Below, in pieces: positions 51,251 to 64,000 of a stretch of 64,000 nt of DNA. Below the pieces are notes generated by a model. It had not been told where the DNA came from and searched no databases. It was given only the letters and a program-made list of their open reading frames with translations. Source of the stretch: Eledone cirrhosa (lineage: Eukaryota); NCBI GenBank assembly GCA_964016885.1, contig OZ024754.1:18848001-18912000 (forward strand). The letters are read 5' to 3'. Each line of letters opens with the position of its first letter. Positions within the stretch are counted from its first letter, which is position 1. The position numbers and the translations under genes are program-made.

Positions 51251-52364
51251 TATCATCTGCTTTAGTAATTCTTAACAGTAGGTAGTCAACAGACGAAAAT
51301 CTCCTACAGGAACGGATTGCGTGCTTTCCGACCAAGATCTTCTAGCTTCTAAGTAACCATATAGCTAACTGTCTGCTTGCTACTTGTTAGAAATCGATAG
51401 TGTTGTTGTTTTTTAATGTGTATGGTAGTAAATAAAAGTAAATATAGAATGGGGAGTACACTTGAACGGACAATGATATCCAACTCCGAGCGCTAGTCAG
51501 CCGATCGTTCATCAATATACTGGCAGAACTTAAAGTGTAGAAGACCATTTGGAAATAATGCTCGACGTGACGTGAAACGGTTTCACCGACACAAACACGA
51601 TAATGATAGTAATACAGCAGGTAAAACAAAACTAAACTATTGACTAAAATGTCTTTGGATAAAAGGAGAACAAATTAAACAGGGTAGAATGAAAAGAGTG
51701 AGGTGTTCAAACGATTATTGATCAATAGCGCCCGTTTGGTAGAGTTCTAAAGAAAGTCGGATTGCAGCCATTTTGAAGATGAAAATCTATATACCAGTTA
51801 ATAGCTTTCTAAAAATATTTTAAAATGCAGCTGAAATTTATGGAGTCGCTCAACTTGAAAAAAAATGGTCCGTAGATTTGTACATTACAAATTTGTTCAA
51901 CTAGTAAAATGTTGGCAAGGGGAAAAGTTTGGCTTGTGTGAGGAATAGATGGAATAATAACAATTTGAATATACCGACTGCATTTTAATGGCGTACACTC
52001 CTACTGACAAGACCTGCTAGGCAGTTGGGAATTATTTCACACTCAATGGCTATTGTTCATAATAAAAGCCTTCCACAGAGAAACAACTCGCGTGTTTGTG
52101 TCTATGTTGTGCGTACTTGTCACGTGATAAGTAGAAATATTGAATGAAATTATTTGTATGCGTGCGCAGACACACAGAGAAACAAACCCACTCACTCACT
52201 CACTGCACTGATGCACACACGTATATACGTACACGAAAATACACAATGATATAACAACACTAGAGGATAAACACACACACATACACATACACACGCACAC
52301 ACATTTCGAAAGAAGATACTGAGAAAAAAAGAAAAAGGCAAGATAGAGGGGGGGGGGGGGGGGA

Positions 52365-52410
<46 letters not shown>

Positions 52411-52959
52411 TTTGCAAAGTAATATTTATATATCAATATATGTTATGGAGAAGAGGCGAAGTGGAAGATAGGATACGGTGTTCGCTTCAGCGCCGTACCA
52501 AACTACAGACACATTTCTATAGCACACCACCGGCACCCATTGACCCAGACCGGTTCTGGGTCGGTGATCATCTCATTGGACGAAAGCACCCTGGAGGTCA
52601 CTTTCGTTGACGCCTGCCATAGCGCCGTAAGCCGGTTCAACTTTCATAAACGCCCCCAACGGAGCAATATCTCCCGAAGTCACCGCCTTCCGCAGCCGTG
52701 ACGACAATCATCACGACTGGTAGACCTACAATTAGAAAGACCCATGGAAACATTGTTTTCCTGGTCCGATTTGATGAGTTCCACCTCACTCGGTCAGGTC
52801 TGGGACCTTGTTGATCGTTCCTTTTTGTAACTTCGTTATACTATATATGTATGTGTGTGTGTGAAAGTGTATGAGTGTGTGTGTGTGTGTATGCGTGTCT
52901 CTCTGTGTGTGTGTATGTGTGTGAGTGTGTGAGTGTGTATGTGTGTGTGTTTGTGTGTG

Positions 52960-53030
<71 letters not shown>

Positions 53031-53269
53031 CCCGGGTTCAATAGGGGGTAACCACAGTAAGTAAAGTATACATAGCAGCCGCCGTTTGAAATCATCAGGC
53101 TTTCCTGATGATTTCCTTCGAATGAAACAGTTCTAGTCCTGTAGAAGCATTTCTATATTATATATATATCTGTGTGTGTTGTGTGTGTCTCCCTATTTAT
53201 ATACATATATATACATATATATACCTGATATGGTTCTATAGCTTTACTTGAATGGAAGGAAGCATGGTT

Positions 53270-53340
53270 GGCGTGTTGGTGTAATGGTAACACATTGGTC
53301 CGGCAAACCAAAGATCTGGGTTCGAGTCCCATGTACGTCA
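53270..53340 (+). tRNA. tRNA-like cloverleaf, anticodon GGC (pseudo-tRNA or SINE head)
   Basis: Acceptor GGCGTGT/GTACGTC-A, D arm GTGT/ACAC, anticodon arm TTGGT-CCGGCAA-ACCAA, T arm TGGG-TTCGAGT-CCCA; T-run ~10 nt downstream. Confidence 0.6.
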
Positions 53341-54512
53341 ATACTCATCCTTTTTTTCCCATTCAGAGGGGTTTTTAAATCCCAACTAACAGACTAATTC
53401 TATTTAGTCATATACAGTGTAAAGTACATGTTACTACCTAATTATGTATATATATATATCTATATGTGTGTAATCACACACACATACACACATATATATA
53501 TATATATATTACGTATAAATGCTTATATTTATACAGACACGTGTAAAACTGTAGCTTTGCAGTTCGACTATATATATATGTATAGTATGCATGTATATAT
53601 GAGCGTGGGCGAAGCTCAGCCTCTCTCGCTACTTCAGAAATATTGAAATTTTTTTCATATATATTCTAATTTCCGCATTCTTGGTTTTGTCATCTCTTGA
53701 ATAAATCATTTATACATTTTCTGAAGAAACTGTTCAAATTGTTGTCGTCTGGTATTTTAAACAAGTGGACTTGCTATCAATAATGACGTTGGATTTTAAT
53801 TTTTCCAGTCTTGGATTGTTATCCCCATCGGATCATTGGATTTTCTGATAGCATTTTGCTTTACACCAATATACCACGACTACCACTTTCCTTCCATTTC
53901 TCTCTTCCGACTACTCCCTTCTCACCATCCCCATCTCACCATTCCCCTAGACATGGCGACATGAATGGCTCCCTTTCTTTTCCTCTCTAAACATTTTTTT
54001 TTCGTTTCCGCCACTGCCACTTCTTTAATTTCTCATTCTATTTTCTTCCTTACATTACAACGTTAAATCCCACTACACGTGTCATACTTTCATGACATCA
54101 TACTTATTATACCCCGCTCCGCTGCCGCCTCAGAATAGAGAGGGCTCTTCAGTTGATTCAATGACTGACAACCTCCCAAGTGCTGATCGCACGATAAAAT
54201 GCACCCAGTACACTCTGTACAGTATTTGGTGATAGGAAAAGTACCAAAATCGTACACAATTTACTAAAGGTTTGATAGTTATATCAAAGACATGACAACC
54301 TCCCCAGTGTTGAGGCTACGATAAAATATGCTGCTACCATCACCCTACTACAAGCTCCACGCCCCTTCATTACCTGCACTACCACCCTCCTCACACCACC
54401 ACATTTCCCCCACCCAGACTAAACCCCCACTAACAATTAAGAATGATAAAACAAGTACACTCCCAAGTAATTATGTAATTGTGGAAATTAAAGACGTATA
54501 TAATTTGTGAAC

Positions 54513-54860
54513 GTGGATGTATGTAGGTGGTGGTGGTGAAGGTGGATGTATGTAGGTGGTGGTGGTGAAGGTGGATGTATGTAGGTGGTGGTGGTGAAGG
54601 TGGATGTATGTAGGTGGTGGTGGTGAAGGTGGATGTATGTAGGTGGTGGTGGTGAAGGTGGATGTATGTAGGTGGTGGTGGTGAAGGTGGGTGCATGTAG
54701 GTGGTGGTGGTGAAGTTGGATGTATGTAGGTGGTGGTGGTGAAGTTGGATGTATGTAGGTGGTGGTGGTGAAGGTGGGTGCATGTAGGTGATGGTAGTGA
54801 AGGTGGATGTATGTAGGTGGTGGTGGCGAAGGTGGATGTATGTAGGTGGTGGTGGTGAAG
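54513..54860. repeat. 29-bp minisatellite (GGTGGATGTATGTAGGTGGTGGTGGTGAA), about 12 copies
   Basis: Units start at 54541, 54570, 54599 and so on. Confidence 0.95.
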
Positions 54861-55572
54861 AAACAATGAAAGAGAGAGGTGGAGTTAAGGAGAGAGCAGG
54901 AGAGGAGGGAAATGGTTATATAGTCTTTGAAAGTACGATAGAACACAAAGTATATATATATATATTCACATACACACATATACATATATATATGCACACA
55001 TACATGCATATACAGTATATATACACATATACATATGTATATACACACACACATCAGCAGACTACTGATGATGGACATTCCTGTTTCTCGGTCTATTTTC
55101 ATTCATATGTTCACATTCGCAACAACGCAGCACGCCATTTTTTCATTCACATATATTTTTTCCCCTCGCTGTGGTTCGTATTTTTTCTGTCACCTTACTG
55201 CTGTCCTCTTTCTCTCTCCCCCTCCCCTCTCCTTTACATCTTGCTTTCTTTCACCCCCGCTGCTGGTCACCCACTCTCTCGGCTGGCCTCTTCCTCACAC
55301 TTTCACTCACTCACTCTCTGCTACTACTCCTCTCTCACTTCTTCCCATCTCACCTGTGTGAAATTCTTTTCTCTCTCACTTTTCGCTTGGCTCGGACGCG
55401 TCTGCCTCTTCTCGTCATTTGATTTGTTCGGACTTAAGACCACAAGATTCATTGACTTGTCTCTCTTTTCCTCTCTCTTTACGTTGCATTACTACCATGT
55501 TGTTTGTTCACTTTCCCCTTCCAATTCGCTCTGTCCCGATATCTTTATTTAGTTATCGCTCGCACTGATTTT

Positions 55573-55622
<50 letters not shown>

Positions 55623-55633
55623 TAAAATAACAG

Positions 55634-55731
55634 ATTAAAGTTTAAGCAAAGAATCGCTGCTTTCACCCTTAACGGGATCTTCTGAAAGCTGGTTAAGGGT
55701 GAAAGCAGCGATTCTTTGCTTAAACTTTAAT
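55634..55731. repeat. Inverted repeat (~40-bp arms) in TA-bounded module
   Basis: attaaagtttaagcaaagaatcgctgctttcacccttaac and its reverse complement. Confidence 0.9.
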
Positions 55732-55833
55732 TTTTTAAAATAAATATTTGCTCTACGGTTCTTATATATCTGATATATATTTATCCTTATCGAGCCCTCT
55801 TTGGATTTTAGTCTTCAAATTAATTATTATTAC

Positions 55834-55864
<31 letters not shown>

Positions 55865-56170
55865 AAGGAGTAAAGTTCTATACAAAACAGTCACACATCC
55901 ACACTCATACTCTCTAAAACCATATTCCTAAAATAGAATTTCTTTTCACAATCCCATTTACTCCTCTCATTTACCTCTCTTCCCCATAACAATTATCCTT
56001 TGCTTAGATTTCCCCTCTTCGCCACCCCCATCTCAACTCTTCACCAGTCCTTTAACACAATTGAGATACACACATATATATACAGTAAAAATTCCCTCTC
56101 CCTTAAAATAATTTTGTTCTGTGAAGACGCAACCACCACCACCACCACCACCACCATCACTACTACTACT

Positions 56171-56232
<62 letters not shown>

Positions 56233-56312
56233 ATACTACTACTACCTCTCTCTATATATATAAGGTTCCATCTATATCTATATCTCTCTCTATATATATA
56301 CACATATATATG

Positions 56313-56350
<38 letters not shown>

Positions 56351-56387
56351 ATATATAAGATCAAAAGATGGTTAAATGAGTTCCATG

Positions 56388-56458
56388 TATTTTATTATGC
56401 GCATTTCAAAAACAAATATTATCATGCAATAACATTTGTGTTTTCATCAGATAAAATA
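56388..56458 (-). ncRNA. Type I hammerhead ribozyme, canonical core
   Basis: tattttat-CTGATGA-aaacacaaatgttat..ataatatttgttttt-GAAA-TGCGCA-TA-ataaaata. Confidence 0.85.
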
Positions 56459-56570
56459 GGAAGACATGATATGAAGGTTAAAAACACTTGTGGATAGTGC
56501 AGTTTTAAATCAACATTCTTATCCGATATCTGCATTGCTTTATTGTACTACAATAAAACTCACCTCCTAC

Positions 56571-56651
<81 letters not shown>

Positions 56652-56911
56652 CGAATGCTATAACATACCTTCCAATATAGGGTGAAGACCTAAAAAGACG
56701 GGAAAATAAGTTGCCATCGGCCGCTGTGTAGAATCGAACCCTATATCTGCCATATACCGGCTAGGCACTTTTAACCATTAAGTAAAGGGACGGTGACAAC
56801 TCTCCGGTACTAGATAGCTGAACACAGCTATCAACAGACACCCGTAAACAAATGAAACAGTGTGAAACGTAGCCGATCTGGTGAACTCTTACAAAGCGCT
56901 GTCGTGTTTTT

Positions 56912-56968
<57 letters not shown>

Positions 56969-57036
56969 ACACACACACACACACACATATATTTGTTTTG
57001 CAAGGTTTTTGATATGAAATCGTGTGTCGAAACAAA

Positions 57037-57124
57037 TATTGTTATACTTGGGGAGGGTCATATTATTTCTGGTATTATTTCTGGCAATACTATAACAATA
57101 TGACCCTCCCCAAGTATAACAATA
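57037..57124. repeat. Inverted repeat (~28-bp arms)
   Basis: tattgttatacttggg.agggtcatatt / aatatgaccctccccaagtataacaata. Confidence 0.85.
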
Positions 57125-57415
57125 TGTATATATATATACTTAGATATATACACATACATACATATATAAATGTGTATGTGTGTGTATGTCTCCTACTAAA
57201 CCATGACCCGACATGCATTCCCGATTTCACAAACCAACCATAGAAAGCAACGACACCAAATGGAGAATCCCTAGTTTCTCTATAATAGAATGTATGTAGA
57301 TGCATATACATATACATATACATACATACACACACACACGCACGTATGTATACATACCTACACACACATGCGAGAGGTACCGGGATCGTTGCCCGGATTC
57401 TCCAGTTTACTTGGT

Positions 57416-57616
<201 letters not shown>

Positions 57617-57685
57617 ATATGTGTATGTGTCTGTATGTATGAGACAGAGATAGAGAGAGAGAGGGAGAGAGAGAGAGAGACAGAG

Positions 57686-57719
<34 letters not shown>

Positions 57720-58207
57720 TGAGAGAGAGAGAGAGTAAATCCTTTCAATTTGTCTGGAACGAATCTCTTCCTTGCAGGAATCCCCTTCTCCCGAGAACAA
57801 CGACTATTTTTGCCCGAAATTAGAGCTCATCTTTTATGCTGAAATGATTAACAGTAGTGCTTTATTGATTTTTATTCATCGATCCATCTCACTCACACAT
57901 TCATAAGTATCGATTTTTCCCATCGTCTGTTTATATCGAGCTGTTAGCTGTTCATCATTGGCAAACGACGAAAGAGCAAATATGGAGCTTATCATTTCTC
58001 CTCCTCCTCATTCTTTCTCTTTTTCTCCTTCTTCTTTATCTTCCGCTAATATCATCTTGAAGAAGCAATGTAATAATGGGATTTCTATAGTAAAGTCGTA
58101 TATGTTCGTGTGAGTCTGTGTGTGTGTATACAGAGATGCACACCCACAGACACACACATATATATAAATATATATAAATATAAATAGAGAGAGAGTGTGT
58201 GAGAGAG

Positions 58208-58290
<83 letters not shown>

Positions 58291-58458
58291 TACATGAGTA
58301 TATGTACACACACATATATGCGTGTGTGTATGCATGGCCGCAATCTAAGGACTGAGATCAGTAAAAAAATATATATATATAAATATATATATACATACAC
58401 ACACACACATATATATATATATACACTAACACACACACATACATGCACACACACACAC

Positions 58459-58490
<32 letters not shown>

Positions 58491-58804
58491 TTCAACAGCA
58501 TTCTAAAAAAATGTGTATACATTTTTAGGGACACCATATATATATATATTCTTCAACCTATCAACCTTCCCTTTCTCCTAACTCAACTCTTTCCTGATGG
58601 CGTAAAGGATTAACGCCCGATACGTTGAGACTTTCTTTTTCCTTTTTCCAGCAAGCGTGAAACTAATAAAACTTTGTGTAATTGTACCTCTGTATTTATC
58701 TTTTTAAACCTTTCTCTCTTCCTGTATACATACATTCATATATATATATATATATATATATTTATTTATGAATGTATCTATAGATGTATAGTATATATGT
58801 GATA

Positions 58805-58995
58805 ATATACTGTATGTTTCATTAAAAACATTTAGAAGACTATTTGCTATGAATTTTAAAGTAGTGACTACGTAACTTACTTATTCTCGGCTTCTCTTTA
58901 TTTTTGCTGAGAATAAGTAAGTAAGACATAGTCACTATTTGAAAATTCATAGGAAATGGTCTTCAAAATGTTTTTAATTAAACATACATACTATA
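58805..58995. repeat. Imperfect palindrome (~85-bp arms) between (TA)n runs
   Basis: tgtatgttt..cttacttattctcggc / gctgagaataagtaag..aaacataca. Confidence 0.85.
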
Positions 58996-59204
58996 CATAT
59001 ATATATATACTATATATATATTTATTAAAATAACAGATTAAAGTTTAAGCAAAGAATCGCTGCTTTCACCCTTAACGGGATCTTCTGAAACTAACAAAGT
59101 CAATCTGTAAACACAGAAGTGGATATTTCAAAAAAACGTTGCAACCGGAGGAAGACAGGAAGACGATACTTTGGTTCGTGGAAACGTTCCCCAGCAAAGA
59201 ACGG

Positions 59205-59275
<71 letters not shown>

Positions 59276-59280
<5 letters not shown>

Positions 59281-59933
59281 ATGCATTCATGTATATATGT
59301 GTGTGTCCGCATGTATCTGTGTGTTTCTAAATATATTGTTAATAACTCCCTCTGGTCGAGCAATCTTTGAAGTGTGGGGACAACTGGAAAGCTTCCATTA
59401 CTCATACTTCTAGCCTTCTTCACCACCTCTTCTGCGGCCTCGATATGAATACCCCCTCCGCCTCCGTGGTATTTTCTTCGTGGTTATAAGAGGCTTAGCT
59501 CTGTTTCTCGACCGTTATATCGCGTGACTATCTCCCCCTCCGCCTTTTGGGATTCTTTCTCACGTCGTGTAGACGCGTTCTTGAGACTAGTAAAATGAGG
59601 TATCCTCTTGATAAGTCGGCAGACCTCGCAGGGACTCTATGTCTTTATGATATATTGTTTTTGTTTATGCCACGAAACTACGTAGTCGAGGAATTTAGGA
59701 GCAGTTTAGGTATGATACATTTTATTACTAATTATATCTAAATGTTTCTTCTCTCTTCATAATATATTTTTAACTCTGATACTGGTTCAGTCTAGTTCAA
59801 CTGAATTGGTCTGTCCCGGTCATTCATTGAGCAACATCGGTGAAGTTGGCACCCTTAACTCACAGTTGGGTGCGGATGCATTCATGTATATATGTGTGTG
59901 TCCGCATGTATCTGTGTGTTTCTAAATATATTG

Positions 59934-59936
<3 letters not shown>
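59276..59936 (+). mobile_element. ORF-less 595-nt unit with 66-bp terminal direct repeat and a hammerhead (retrozyme-like)
   Basis: 59276-59341 equals 59871-59936; (TA)n on both sides. Confidence 0.7.
59603..59692 (+). ncRNA. Type I hammerhead, U3-A8 variant, extended stem II, GUC site
   Basis: tcctc-TTGATAA-gt(c)ggca..tgccac-GAAA-CTACGTAG-TC-gagga. Confidence 0.8.
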
Positions 59937-63172
<3,236 letters not shown>

Positions 63173-63760
63173 TATATATATATATATATATTTAATTAGA
63201 CAATTCTATTGATTGGTTAATTATTTATGTTTGTTTAATAACGTCTAGTTGAGAGCTTTCTTTGGTTTGTGGAATGGAATTAATTCCTTTGTTCACACTT
63301 TGAATTTTCCCGCCCAAAACCGGAGGTTCCTTCCCTTTGGGGGGAAAAAGCACGCGATCGCCAGTGGTTTACTGATACGTTTCACACCAGTTCGGGTCAC
63401 AGAACGGAAACCTGTTGATAAAGTGTGTCCACAGTTCGGTCATCGAATACCACAAACTTGCATACTGCGTGAGTAGGATTGTTGATTTTGGTTTCATAGA
63501 AACTTATCGGAGATATTGCTTAATATCGATCAAGGTGGTCCAGGTTTGTTTGTCAATACCTGATTGGTTTTTTTCGTTGCTTTGGTTTCATGTGGCTGGG
63601 TTCACCGGTCGCAATTTTCAATTTGTCAAGCTATCTAACGTATGTTATTACTCTAAGGTGTCACAACCTTATCGAGTGCTTTGCTGCACATTCCTAATTG
63701 TATATCGTTAGCTTGGCCACAGCCAAAACTTCGATTTTACTAAACTTCCATTTGCATATA

Positions 63761-63827
<67 letters not shown>

Positions 63828-64000
63828 AAACGGGTAAAGTGTAAATGACCATGGGATTTGCACCTTGAAAGTTTCCCTCCGAGGCATAAGTCCGAACAAG
63901 GTTGTTTGTGGAAGACCATTAGTCGCCCATGCATACCAGCTTCCCCTCTCCACGGCACCAATGTTGTCCAAGGGAAAGGGTATGTGTGATAAAGTGTCTT

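Noticed and set aside
53100-53145. CTGATGA-tttccttcgaat-GAAA-CAGTTCTAG-TC
   Set aside because: The core is canonical but no stem I partner is evident; the 5' side is replaced by a short inversion.

Overview
Repeat-saturated, AT-rich animal genomic DNA with no recognisable host protein-coding gene. The SINE family resembles octopus repeats as I remember them; this is not verified. Bases 1-12.6 kb are satellite: a GGT-derived array with a 2780-bp higher-order period, a 21-bp minisatellite and an (ACC)n block. Bases 17.3-35.5 kb are a nested retroelement stack. A minus-strand Penelope-like element (PLE) with an inverted terminal repeat is split at an (AAT)n tract by an R4/Dong-type LINE and two head-to-tail Tx1/L1-type LINEs, and it also carries three SINE insertions. 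Bases 35.5-41.3 kb hold an apparently intact young PLE with ~0.8-kb inverted repeats. Its coiled-coil-like ORF1 is joined to the RT/GIY-YIG ORF across an in-phase T-TTT-TTA -1 frameshift heptamer. Reading by eye gives nine convincing type I hammerhead ribozyme motifs plus several degenerate ones; five have a U3-A8 compensatory core. Most sit in (TA)n-bounded modules, including two ORF-less ~600-nt retrozyme-like units. Most long ORFs in the supplied track are artefacts of microsatellites. All structures were paired by eye; no searches or folding programs were run.
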